DNA of 64,000 nucleotides, from the NCBI GenBank assembly GCA_026025075.1, contig JAPEUI010000031.1:1-64000 (forward strand), in the 5' to 3' direction. Shown here one piece after another: positions 12,559-25,885 of the stretch. The notes under the pieces were generated by a model that saw only the letters and a list, made by a program, of their open reading frames with translations, did no database searches and had not been told where the DNA came from. Origin of the DNA: Vezdaea acicularis (Eukaryota). The first letter of the stretch is position 1. Each line of letters opens with the position of its first letter. The position numbers were made by a program, and so were the translations under genes.

Positions 12559-13649
12559 ATGTCGCAGCCGTTCGCAGATTTCGATGCCGATCTCCTTGAC
12601 TTATGGTCAAGCTCATCTCTACAAGCGTCGCCTTCTGGAACGCCGGCGAACGAAGGCCCGCAGGTAGCCGCGTCCCTCACATTCCCTACGCCAGAGGCTA
12701 TGCCTCATTATAACCGTCCGGAGCAAACACAGAATGAACGACGTAGAATGAGCCTGCAGTCTCTTTCAGACTTTCCTTTCGATAATGCAGAGTTCCGAGA
12801 CCCCTCAGGTATTGACCACGATCCGGACTTTTCTGACGACTATCCTATCGACAACGCTGAGTTTCACGACCCATTCGGGATCAACCATGATCTCAGCTTC
12901 TCTGACGGTTTTGATGACGAAGACTTAGACGACGACGCCTTCTCTCGTGTTGACCTTGATTCTACAGTTTCTTCTGGTCACCAACCCAACGATCAACAAA
13001 ATCTGATACGACCAATGCAACGTCAAGCTAATCTTCACCATTGGGGAGCCATGCCTTTGAGAAGGTCTGGCGTTGTTGACTTGACAGCGGACTCTTCTCC
13101 ACAGACCGTGATTACTTCTAGGAAGAGGCTCAGGAATGGCATCGACAGCTCAGGTGGCTCTTCTGGACCTTCTAAGCGCTCGAAAGTCGCTACAGGGTCT
13201 AAAATCTCGTCTCCACTTGCGAAAGATGAAGAGCCCGAGGAAGTAGATCTAAGGGACGTTGAAAGTGAAGCCGGTGTAGATGAAATCCTCAGGAAAAGTA
13301 GAGAGGATCAAGTAAAGTCGCAAAGAACAGAGAGTGAGAAACCTCTAAAGTTTTCAACTATACAATGCATCATTTGCATGGAACCGCCGACGAACCTCAC
13401 CTTCACACCTTGCGGTAAGCTCTTTCTGTCTGCGCATGCTTTCATAGGATGCAATAACTCACTGTACTTTTAGGTCATCTCTTTTGCCACACTTGCTTGA
13501 TGGAGGCTCTTATTGCCGGCGAAAACCAAGGTCCGAAGATGTCTCGCTGTCCTATTTGTCGACAACATGTCAAAAGATCGAACACGAAGGAGTTAGAGCT
13601 CAAATTACTGATCAGACCAAAGAGTAAGGCGGAAGGGGTCAAAACTTGA
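12559..13649 (+). CDS. C3HC4 RING E3 ligase with SUMO-interacting motifs (Slx8/RNF4-like STUbL)
   Basis: Acidic disordered N-terminus, SIM-like VVDLT and EEVDL. RING CIICME...TPC|GHLFCHTCL...CPICR is split by intron ~13415-13473; stop at 13647-13649. Confidence 0.8.
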
Positions 13650-13965
13650 GCGGCGGCTTAAATAGCTCCTGATTGGTCGGTATCAGAATCAATGGACCGG
13701 CTGGATCTCAGTCAAGTACCTTCAGAATCCTCGGGAAACTAAGATGTTGGTTGAGATGTCGGCGTACTTGAATAGCAAGATTGATCCTTTCGCATTTGCA
13801 CGGTAGCGTCCTTCACTCAGTATTGCATCAACACATGGCGTGGCGGTATAGACTATGCATCGGGCGGAGTAATAGGGGCAACAGCTGATAGGCTACATTC
13901 GATTAAGATTGAAAAATGCAATGGGGTCTCTGAGTATATCGCTCCACCGATCTAATCAAATGCTA

Positions 13966-15413
13966 TTAATCTCCCATTGACATACTTCTAGCTCGTTCCC
14001 CTTTACCCATCACCGCATCCATAGCGCCTGCTAGAGCCGCGCCATCATACCTCGCCCCACCATGGTCATCTCGCCTCCCATAAATTCTCAAACAATTTAT
14101 TCCTAGCCCAGCAAGTTCCTGTGAGTCTACTCTGGGGCAGCCTCTGCCCTCCAGATGGATCAAATGGGTGACATAATTCCTGTATTCATCCTTGCCAGGT
14201 ACTTCGAACGAACCTCTGCTTTCTTGGCAGGCTGTCACAATAGCAGCTATAAAATCTACCGCTGAAAATTGTTCTTTCATTGAGCAAGTTTCACGATCGA
14301 GTGAGCCGTTCAAGATCAAGATCTTGTATTTAATCAGGCTATTTCTCAAGGCGGAACCAATTCCTTTAAGAATTAAGCAAGGTACAATACTTGTGTATAG
14401 ACTACCAATGGAATAGACTACTGCCTTTGCCTCGTGCAGCGATCTCAACACTTTTGGATTTGCAGCAGGGCGAATCTCCTGCCCATATGGGTTGATGTAC
14501 CAGATGCGGTGGATCCGGGCTGGTAAATCGCTCTCTGCATGCTTGGAGAATTCTATTTCCGCTTTCCGCAACGTAGGAAGTGAGCCAGGAAGGTTTGCAT
14601 CCTCGATCGAGTCTGCATCGTCAAAATCATGACCTTCGACTTGAGGGGGCGAAGGCGAATCTAGTGAGGGTAATGCCGTTGGCAAGGAAGGATGCGATAT
14701 ACTGTTCTGGCCGACGATCTTTGATCCATCCTCCAGCCCAGCACAGATGTGATGTGTAAAGCCCGTATTGATGACGGGCAGAACCTCGACACCTTCAGGT
14801 ATCTGGCAGAAGCTTCTAAGGGCGTACAAAGAGCTCTCTAGGCTACCAGAGAATAAACGTGCTCCGGTCAAAAACAAGTTTCCAAGGCTAGCCGACTGAA
14901 AGTTGAAGACCGAGGAGGGTCGAGCACGTTTCAGGATTTCAAGATTGAGTAAATTTAGATATGCTCTTATGAGTTCCTTCTTTTCGCTAGGAACAGACTG
15001 CCAAAGAGAATGGGTGCCCTCAATAATGGAGAGCCACTCCGTTCGTGCATGGCCCGCTGATGAAGCCAGGCGATGGTTGAAGAAGTTCTTCAAGGCCAGT
15101 TTCTGGGGCGTAGACGACGGGATGAGACGAACAAGACGGCCTAAGGAGGGGACACGTTAGCTTCACATAGGACCATTTGCAGCGAAGAAGGGGACGTTGA
15201 ACTTCGCAAATCACCAATGCCTGGCCCCCCAAAGACACGAATAAGCTCGCTCGAGCTGCCTCCATTGTCGCTGATCGGAATTACATAGGTGAGGGGAGCA
15301 TTTCTGTTTTCGGCAACGATTCCAAAGACATCAACCAGGCTATTCGCAGCGCTGCCGCCGGAGAATATCACGATACCAGTTGCTTGATCACGTCGAGGTA
15401 TTAGGCTGCTCAT
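13966..15413 (-). CDS. UPF0052 / CofD-YvcK-like protein (yeast YNL011C-type)
   Basis: N-terminal FSGGSAAN, PISDNGGSSSEL, GPGIGDLRSRL and later YSIGSLYTSIVP. One intron ~15141-15202. Confidence 0.88.
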
Positions 15414-16280
15414 GTCGGAGAAATTGGTGAGACCAACACGCTCTTTGCGTTTCACTCAGTACTAAGTGCTCCCGAAGCTTCAATCACGAGATACAGTGCC
15501 ATGCCATAAGTCTTCGTCCGATTTAGCGATTTCTCCCATCACAACCCAAACCTGCCACCCACAAGTCTGAGGTTCGAGGCGCAATCTTGCCTAACCCTTG
15601 AGAAAAATTTCTTTGAACTCTTTTTGGAACCCAATGAATATTATGCCACGCACCACAATTGAAGCCGATGGATGTTATACTAGGTTTTAGCCAATTGAAT
15701 CCCTTGGAAGATGAGGAATCTTTTCGCTTATTTGAGTCTGACCTGACGTAGAAATGTATTTCCATGAACAAATGAGCAATCGACATTCTGCAGCTAGCTG
15801 GTAATTCAAGTCTATTGAATAATTCAGTCCAATTTTTCTGGGTGCTCTGACTACTCGGAAGATCACATGATAAGAGTTTGTCCAAACCTATATAGTCATA
15901 TATTTCAGTTTCTGGAAGCCTTCCACAGCCCCTTGAAAAACAAAACCTCCTTTATGGGAGGAATGTCAACTACAGCGGTTACCATGCTAACAACCAAGAT
16001 TTTGTATAAAGCCGCCTCCCTAACAGTCAAGCAAAATAAGGTAGGCAGCTTGCGCAACTTCATAATATCTTGCTAATCACTGCATAGCTCTTTTCAGAAC
16101 TATCTGAAGAAAACTTATTTCAAATGCCACTGATGCGACTCGTGTTGACAGAATTGATGCAAACTGTCTATATATCTCCAACTAAATGGAAATTCACCGA
16201 TGTTAACGCAAAGCGCCAGCTCGGCATCCTCGCTTGCCCTTTGAAGTGGGTCAAAGGCAGTCACTATTTCCAAACTTGTG

Positions 16281-19200
16281 TCAGGCCCATGCAGCCCAGC
16301 CACAATATAGCAGTGCTAAGTTCCTCTCATCGGTTGCTTGTTGTATGAGCTCGTTAACCGTTGCGGTCACACTCAAACCCTTGCTCAATTTCTTGGCGAC
16401 GACAGTGAGAGCCCTGTCGGCTTCACCGGCCTCGTTCACGTCTGTTCTTTTTGGTGCTTCTGCACCATCATTGCTTCCCTCTTCAGAAGCCAGCACCTGG
16501 TTTTGCGCTTCCTGGATCTTCTTAACACGAACGGGAGAGACCGACCAGTTATAAAGAGGATCATAACGTAAGACGTCCAGAATGGTCATGATGCTGTAAG
16601 AATCTTTCCGTAGCGCATCAAGGATAAATTCGCAACATCGCCGGAACACACCCTCAGTTTTCGTGATCCCCATTCCATCGACGATATCTCGCGTCAAGCG
16701 GAACGGTACAACTTCAGGGACTGGTAAGACTCGACCTTGCTCAAACGCAACGCCGAGGTCAATGTGAACTACTTCCCCTGTCTTCTCGTCTAGAAGAATG
16801 TTATGGCCATGACGATCACCAAGGCCAAGTACGTGTCCGAGAATCGATATCGCTGCAGTGCTTCGACTGTAGGCTAGACGCTTCTCAAACCAATCATCCG
16901 GGCCCAAAAAGCGTTCCATAAAAAAGTGTCTCATGACAGGATGGAAATGCTGAGAAACCTCTTTATAGGTCCTAACCCGAACCTCAATTGACTTTTGCTG
17001 GACATCAGCTACCTGCTTCCTACAGGCACTAGATCTCCAATCCTTTGGATAATGGTGCTGATGAGCAGGAATGAGATAGTCGTGGAGTGGTATCGTGTTC
17101 GGTACGAACTCGATTATGCCAGCATAGGTAGTCAAAGGCAAAACCTTGTATGTTCTTACGACTAGCTCTCGTTGCCTTGTTAGTCGATTATTCTGAAGAA
17201 GCCCGCTGACTTGTTCGAAAACTTGCTCCATTATAGAGTCTTGCCTAAGGTCATCACTGCCTCCCTTCACCTGTAAGAAAAGTCAGCGCTATAGAGCTAC
17301 GCTAAACTATGATAGGACTCATACAAGTTGCTTAAATGTCTGGCCATCAGATGCGACGACTGTAACAATCTTAGGGGCACTGACACCTGAAGCTACCGTC
17401 ATCTCAGTGTGGAACTTGTTCATTACGGGGATTTTTGAGTAATTGCAGTCTGAACGAAGATCGATCTTCATGGTTGGTGGCGGCAGACGGTATCGTTGAG
17501 GCTCGCGTTCGAGAACTTGGCCAGCATTTGATTTCCTTAGAGCGACTTTAGAGCCGGCTTTGACTTTTTCATCTAACCGCTCTAAAGCAAGTTTAATATA
17601 GCTCCCACAAAAACGTACAAGTGATTTCCAGATCGTGGAAGTTGACGTCAGGGTACCTAGCTCATTACTCATCCTCATAGCGGCATCGTGACGTGCAATT
17701 GCCATGTCATCCCTTGCGTGCTTCGTTCTAGTGCCCGCAAACACTTGATACATACCGTGAAAGGGATGATCGGTGCAGATTCTTAGGGCAAGGCTATACA
17801 GCAAGGGCTGAAAGTCATCCTCTGTATCTAGAAGTCGAGATGAGAGTTGATTCATCAAAGGGGCAAATTTCCTGCTTGGCACATCCGAAAGGTATTTGGC
17901 CACTGAGTGATTTGCGATCTTGTTATGCGATTGCTCCAGCCATAAAGCGCAGAAACGAAGGACATCATTGTTGAAATCCTCGCAAGCTTTCAAGCATAGC
18001 AGATAATTCTCTAAGCTTTGTCGAAGGAATGCTTCTCTGCTCTTCAATAGTCTCTGGTACTCTCGATCATCTATCTCCAACCATTGCTCGGCTTTCTTCT
18101 TGTGATTTTGAAGCTGACCTTTGTTCTGGGAGCCAGCCGCTTTAAGCATATTTTGCAGATCAGAGACCTCTGACTCCTTCCGCTGACGGAGTTTACTAAT
18201 TCGCTCAAAGTCCTCAACATTGTCAGGGTTTTGTAGCTGTTGGTCACAGAAGGATGCGAATTCGTGGAAGACACGTCCAGCTTCTGCACCAGTTGAGCGG
18301 CCTTTCAATTCTTTTATGGCTGGAAGAAGGTAACGAGAGATGATCTCGTCTGGCATTTCCATGCGTGCTTCGGAGATTTGGTGACCCTAGAAGAGCTATT
18401 AGCCATGAAGTATGTCCTAGAAGACGACTATACGTACCAGCTTAGCTAATAACTCCGGTCTACCTACTGTAATTGCCTGATGAGCAAGCGCTGCAGAGGA
18501 GTTCAGCTCCTGCAACATTCGTATTGATGCAGCCATCTCTCCCTGCTCCCACAAGACCTTTGCAGCTTCGTTCTGAGCTACAGCCGTGATCTCTAGACCT
18601 AGTGCTTTACAGGGAGCAACAATATCTGAGAGATAAGCTGCGCTTGCCAGCGAGCGTTGTAATACACCGTGCGTTCTACTTATTGCTGAAGATTCTAGAA
18701 CTGATAACGCCTCAATGCTCCGTGCATCTTTGGTCTTACATCGAACCAAGTTTTGAAGCACCAATCTTTTACTGATGGAGCTGAAGAGAGTTTCTCTTGA
18801 AGAAAGCAACTGAATGACATCCTCAAGCCTATGCATTTGTAAGCCTGTTGATCCATACAAGGCATCTTAGGTGATTACCTTCCAGTCGGCATCCAGACTT
18901 GGCGTAACTTCAGCCGATCCCAAACATCAGATAAAGATGTGGAACGGTCTAAATTCAATGATTCATCTATTTCTGTAAGTACAGCTAAAGTACGCATGGA
19001 CTTATGCAGAGAGGGTTTTGCCCGAACACTTGATTTCATTTGTCTTATGACTTCTAAGAACGTCGCATTGAGATCTTCTTTTAGAGCCGTTGGATCAGAA
19101 GCAGTATTGATTGACTGAAATGCACGAAAGATTATAGCCGCTTCATTGTCGTGTATGGGGACAGCGGGCAAGTCCCACTGTTCAAGTTTTCTTGCGGTCT

Positions 19201-22200
19201 GATACATATGGTCTGTTGAATCTGGCCCTACACCAGTGTTGATATGGTTCTGCAGGAAGGAAAGAGAAAGCCCATTCAAATTAAGTGTATTCAACGCATT
19301 CAATAGTCCATGACTGTTAGGGTGTGCACCACTCTCAAGCTGTCGCGTTTTGCTGTCGTAAAAAGCACCCTGGAATGAAAGGCTTTTGAAGCCATCCCCT
19401 TCATAATCAGCTTTTTCCATGATTGAGACTAGACTTGGTTCATGCTGTACACCGTAAAACGAGTCTGGCTCATCTATGTTCGCATAAATTGACCTCAATA
19501 GGCCATCTAGGCCCTCTATCCTTGCAAAAGACGAACGTCGTGAAATTGACATGATACGCGATTGGTGAATCTCGATGAAAAGGAGAGCGGTCTTGAACAT
19601 ATTGCATTGAACCGCTGCGCGGGCAGCGTCAGCATGGTCAATTTCTAACCAATTTTCTCTGTCGGCGGAAGTGACTTCTTGAGGCATAGGCTGAGTTCGT
19701 AAGTATAGTATCGCCTTAATGAGCAACTTGACATGTGGAATGATCGCATCTTTGCAATGGAGAAAATATGCCTTCATTAATGCTGACACCTCCGTGCGAA
19801 TAAGCTGAGGGCCGCGCAATTCGTGAAGCAAATTGATGTGTAGCACGTAAGGAAACAATTGCCAAGAAAGGTGTGGAAGAGCAAGCAAGAGCTGTGGTAG
19901 TGCTCCCACGATGGCATCTTCTAAGTTTGCATCCACCAGGGATAATACGACTTGTTGCATCCAAGCATTGACACCGATATCCTCATCGTGTCGGGGCAGC
20001 TTTCGAACGTTGAAGTAGTCGGTCCTATGGAAACGGTCAGGAGGAATCTGATATGGAGACCAATCCGAAGACGACATTAAATAGGGACCGAGTACTTGCT
20101 CAAGGTCGGAAGGGTCATGAGTAGAATCTACCCTTGACCACAACACCCTGAAAGTATGTTCTGCGAGACCGTTTTCGGCGCTAGAACTACTACCGAGAAG
20201 CTCTTTTACAACCTCTAATATTAACGATTTTGACGACGGTGGATGAATCCGTATATTCCAAAGGCCGTACCCATGTTCGTCAATAGGGCTTTCTCGCAAC
20301 ATGTCTCGTGGTACTTGACCCGTACTGGCATAAGACCGACCAAGCACCCGAGCAGCCCAAAGTAAATAGCCATCTCCAAGGTCATGGCGCTGACATGACT
20401 TCCATACAGTGACAGCAGAGCTCGTTGCCTTTCCATCAGAACCAAAGATGTCTTCCGTAAAGGACGAGGGGCTCTCAAATTCTCCGCAGAGTAAAGAAAA
20501 CATTAGTTCTTGAGTTGGCGTGTTCAGCAGATTTCTTCCCGAGGCAGAATCCTCCAGCAGCTCTTGCAAAAGATCACTTTCGCTGGTTCCGCGAATGGAA
20601 TTTCCAATAGATCTTACATTCCGGGCAGCACTGACCATTACCTTAAACGCGCGTGTTGAGGTGTCAACGAGTTGAGGTGAATTGTAGGCCTCTAGATAGT
20701 CTCCAAACCAGGTATGAAAGGCAGAAGCTCTGGACATCGTAGCTAGATGTTGGCTTTCATGGGTTGTGCTATCTTGTACAGAGCTCATGAATGCCCTTAA
20801 TGAGGTTAATATTGACAATGAAATGCCGGCAACGAAGGAAGGATCTTGAACTAGAAATAATTTGCTGTTCTCAAAAAGATATTGTACAATACCAAGCGTG
20901 TCATCTGCACACTGAGGGTCTGTGAGGTAGGGACGAAGCGCATGCAAAAGCATCTCCAGAGGGTATCCTTCTAGCGTTGTGGAGCTAGCAAGGCACACCA
21001 TAATCCTGACCCTTCGTAAAATGGAGCATGTGTGAAGAGAGCCAAGAGCAGGGTGGATCATATTTAGCAAATTACGAAATGCATACGAGAGGAGAGCAGG
21101 AGTCCAAATCTGATGGATGTCGTAGCTCGTCCGCCGACAGATGTGATCGATCTCCTCAACTAGATATCTTGCCCGGAATGATGGTTGTTGGTTAGCGGGA
21201 AGCACAACGTCTGAAGAGCTTGTTTTCTTAATCAACTTAAGAGCAGTCGCTGCATATTCGAATCCAGGGAGCTTGGCGAAGGCCCGTTCTATTTGCTCTT
21301 CTTGCTCGATGCACTGGAACAATATAGAGATGATACTAGCAAAATTCGCATCTAAAAGTTCTAGGTAGCGCTCTTTCCTAAATCGCTTCCGGATACGAGC
21401 TTCACTACTGCTTTGAGAGCCTCCATCAGAAATTGGTGGGATGCTGATGTCTCGCGCTACGCTGTAAGCGATAGCTCGATCAAAAGCCCGAACGACCAGA
21501 TCCTCTATGGACGTCTGCAATGTATCCGCTACAAGCTTTATGGCTTCCTCGCCGCTCCGCATAAGAAGCTGCGATACCAGTTCGTCCTGTACATCCAGCA
21601 GTAGATCTCGAAGACTTGAGTATCCAAAGACCAGAAATGGGATCGATGTGACCCCTATCGCACCTTCATGTGACCCTATCCAAGTATATAGGAGTTGGGG
21701 AGCAAAAAGTTTCAGGATTTCTTTAGGGCTCTTTAGGCCTAGGGCATGAGCAACCTCCAGGTAGCATCGCGCGGCGTGGTTTGTTGAGCTTTGAACCAAT
21801 CCTGGCGTTTCGAATATATGATATACACTCCTGCGAAGAAGAGTATGCCATGATGATGCTAAACGAGCAAACATAAGAAGTCGAAGGGCAATGCCTTCAT
21901 ACCAATCCATCTGCGACGGGAGACTTTTTAGAATATCGTCAAAAATCGCATCATGCATATGGAATATGAACAGACCAAAGATCCGTGCAATATGTTCAGA
22001 TACGTGGAATTTGACCGATATATCACCTTTTTGTAAAATGAAAAATAGACATGAGCGGACCGAACGCATGGATTTGTCTGCCTTATATTCGGGGCGAACT
22101 TGAAGCAGTCGTTGCAAAAGATTTGCTACACTGATGTTTACCTCGGAAGGCAGGACGATCTTTTCAAGAGCAATACCTGTGAACCAATTGTAAAGGGCGG

Positions 22201-25200
22201 AGCCGATCTCACTGAGCTCATCCGATTCCAAAGGCTCAGTCCACATATCAGCAAACGCAGCCATGAAGCAGAGAATGTCACAAAGGCAGACCTCGCAACG
22301 CTCATAGTCATACTGGGCAAATATTTCTTGGCTAAAATGAACGAGAAGCCTAGCAGCGTCCGCGCGGCTAAGATCAGAGTCAGGTCGGAACAAGAATCGC
22401 AGAAAATCACTGCAAGCTAAAAGCTCAGATGGTTTCAGCGAGATCAAATAGTCGATAAAAGTGTTGGGTATGTATTCTTCGATCGACGAACTTCCCATAG
22501 TCGACGCGGCCCCGGTTATTAGATTTATGTGAGCTGTCACGGAGTGACGGAAGGCAAAAGCGCTGGTTTGCAGCGTCAAATTTTGCCTTGGAATGTCTGA
22601 TGCAGGTGCTCCAGTCTTTGTGTTGCTACTCTGAGACTCGAAGTCGTCATCTAGTTCCATGTAATCTGGATCGTGACCTTTCGAGGGTGGATCATGAAGA
22701 CGCCGGCCTTCTATCGATAACTTGAGAGCTCGCACTAGCTCAAGCAGGCCGGCATTACCATTGGACACATTGTGCTTGTTCTTGACCCACGGATCGGGTA
22801 GAAAAATGCTCACGACCTCCAAAGCACCATCGACCAAGAGGATCTCGCACTCGCTGCTAGAAAGAAAGCGTGCCAGCTCTTCCACGAGCGAGGTCACCGC
22901 CTTTGACATAGCGGCATATCGTAGGCTATCAGTTGGGGATAGTGAAGATAATATACTTCCTATAATGATCAAAGCAGTGACCGAACGTACCATGCCACTG
23001 TTGACCTGTGATGCCTTTTCTGATGCTTGCAGGGCAAAGGCTTCATTAGCTTTTTGAAATTCAGTGATGCAAAATCCCATTACAATGATGCTGCTTGGGT
23101 GAAACGTGTTTGCTGTCTCTGCGTGGTTACTTGTATACTGTATTAGTGATGCATCAAGATCAGGCTGCGCAGGTGCAGCCTCGTCTAACAATAAGAGATA
23201 CGAGGCAAGTCTGTGGCTCTGAGACTGTTTTATACAAGCCCGGGCTATGGCTCCGCAGGGGGTCTTGTGTATCCTGTTGCCGATATATGGTGGGGCCTTG
23301 CCAAGGCATGAATAAAGCAACCGGAGAAGGCCCATCGGTTGGGCGTATATAGAGTAGTTCGTAGCTACTGCTCTATCCGTTATCTTCGCTAGATTTGTGT
23401 AAGCACCCAAGGAGCTGAGTCTTGATTGAAAACAAGGCCTTACCAGGCGACCACCTTGCTAAAAGCCATTGAAGGACACGTTCTGAAGTTATTGAGAGCG
23501 CCGTTGGCGTTTCAACCGCCCTGTATCTCAATAACAGGGTCCAGAAAGATAAGGAAGAATCTACGAGACTCGCTGGCCCGTTGAGACTGATCGAAGAGAA
23601 TATATTCTCGATACTTTCCGCAATGGAATCATGGCTTACAAGTCGAAGTGTAAGTAAGATCTCTAGTAGATGACAGGCTGCTCGGCAGGTCGGAGATGAT
23701 CCTGCGCATCTGAGAGAGAGAAGCCAGATCCGAACCCAACTATCAGCAAAACAAATCGATGATGCTTGTCTTTGCATGGCACAACTATGCAACCAAGTCA
23801 GTATGGGAGTGATCGACCTCTAGCATAAGTCAAGGCTCACCTGGCAATCGCTATCATTGACCAAGATGCAACCTGGCTGTTTTCGTCCGTAATACATGGG
23901 AGGATGCAATCTAAGGTAGCTTGTAGCTCTTGAGTAGAAAGCCGTTTCGTATCAAATACAAAGGATAAGGTTTGTAATGCGGCGATCCTAGCGGGATGAT
24001 CATGCGTCTTGCATCGGCGTAGGGTATCATCGAAACGACGTGAGAGCCGCCGTCTCTTGCTAGCCTTTTCACGTGCCTGATCATCCGCTGACGAAGAGGA
24101 CGGCCTGCCATCTCTATCCAAGACAACCAGGAACCAAGAAATGGCGCGGGGCAAGATCCAGGTTTGTTCGGCTCTGCTGTTTGAACCGTTGACATAGAGT
24201 GTTTTCGAGCGTAGCGGCGAGTAATCGTGTGTTGGCTCTAGATGGTTCCAAAGCCCTAGGTCATCAAGTTGGAGCTGATCTCGTTCCATTCGTTTTCCAT
24301 ATTCTTGTCTCAAGGTCTCATAAAGACTATCAAGGTTATCTTTCCTCTCGTTCGTAGCATCCGAAAAGAAGCTAGTATCTATATATGAGCTAGCAAGTAC
24401 TAAGCTTACCATCATTTCATTCTTGATCTGTGTCCGCTTGCTCAACCATAACCGATCAATCACAGGGATAATCGCGGCAATCGTGGTCCGTGTGAGGGAA
24501 ACATTGTTTGTCACGATCCGAACCAATATAGCATTTATTGCAGTAAATGCGGCCTGGTGAGAACGGCCTGTGCTAGAGGAAGAGTTCAAGAAAGAAAGAA
24601 TTGTAGCACTGACAAGCTCAGCCTTGTCCAATGTAGGCGCATTTGAAACGGAGACAAGATGTTCAATGCACAACATTAGCTCCTCGGCAATGATCTTAGA
24701 ATCTCCATGGGTTGGAAAGATATTGCTCTGCACTGCGCTAGGAACTCTCAAGTTGACACCAGCATCAGCAAGTTCGTAGCTGCCTCTGGTAGCTCGTCCG
24801 TTCAAGAAAGATGAGCCTTGAACAGATGCTTGCTCTTGGTACAGTTCCACTCCTGCACAGCAAAACTCGGTGAGGAGCTCCCAGTCCTCAGGAAGCATAT
24901 GCTCTACGTGAGGTTCATATTCCAAGAGCGTTCTAAGCGATTTAACATAGTCTAAGCTCAACGGCTCACAATACCCTTCACTTGAGATGGGTAAAGTTTG
25001 GAGGATGTGATCGACAACAATCCTAAAGGTCTTCCCTTTAATTTTGCGTACACCAAGCTCAACAGCCAAACGGATGGTTGATGCGCAAGATGAAAGACGG
25101 GAGGATGTAGAGCTCTTGGTTGACTTGGATGTCCTTACATAGCTCGATTTTTCTGTGGACACAATGCGGAATAAACTTTCAAAGAGTTTATGGTATCCCT

Positions 25201-25505
25201 TGTCATTTAATGCGTCTCTGATTTCGAATTCGTTTAGTTCCTGTCTAGAATAATCTTTCAATCGTGCGTAGACTCACAGATTGGGATTACGTCGATTCCG
25301 AGAAAGAATATGTTTTAGATCTATCAAGGTTAAGACGATGCCCCTCCCCCTTCTCATTCACACGTTTAATACATACCAATTAGGCCTTCAGTCTGATCTT
25401 TGATTTTACTGGACCGAAGAAGCTCTCGTAGCAGTTAGCCTTGGCGCCCTGGGGGCGAGGACTTGGAACCAGACCTATGGCTTCGTTAAGGCTCACATCT
25501 CCCAT
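16281..25505 (-). CDS. TEL1: ATM/Tel1 PIKK serine/threonine kinase (multi-exon)
   Basis: N-terminal TAN-like [24 protein letters not shown] region, kinase motifs [13 protein letters not shown] and [15 protein letters not shown] ending [10 protein letters not shown]. ORFs 23837-25261, 23373-23792, 18875-23410, 18417-18860, 17319-18362 and 16281-17270 are linked by short introns. Confidence 0.96.
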
Positions 25506-25739
25506 CGTTTGATGCTGCCGAGAAATTAAGTATAAAACTTTAGCTGTTCTTCCATAGCACGGAAACGATTAAGTCGCTGGTAATTAGCATGCTATTCAAG
25601 TACCCAGTGGGACTTAGGAGATGATTACCAGCTAATTGCAGTTTTCATAAGCTTACATTCCGGAAAGCGCAATTGTGTCGGAGCTCATAGGTCATTCGCC
25701 TACAGGTGACAGTGGTTTCATGCAGCTAATGCATGCTTT

Positions 25740-25820
25740 ACTACCCCAAAACGCGCTACTTGAACCTTAACGCGCTAGCACATGAGTCACGTGCCTCGAA
25801 AATTCGTGGACCGCGTTTCT
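25740..25820. promoter_or_regulatory. TEL1/NUP192 bidirectional promoter motifs
   Basis: AACGCGCTA occurs twice (25750, 25769); TGAGTCA overlaps CACGTG at 25783-25793; CGCGTTT near 25813. Confidence 0.4.
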
Positions 25821-25885
25821 AAGGTTAAAGTGCTATGTGGGTTGATGTTGACAGGGAGGCTTTCACGCCTTGAGCAGACCCCGTC

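Noticed and set aside
15523..16076. Short ORFs between the CofD-like gene and TEL1
   Set aside because: No recognisable protein signal or coherent exon chain.
16281..25505. Fragmented ORFs suggesting a TEL1 pseudogene or frameshifting
   Set aside because: Breaks coincide with short spliceosomal introns that have donor, branch and acceptor signals.
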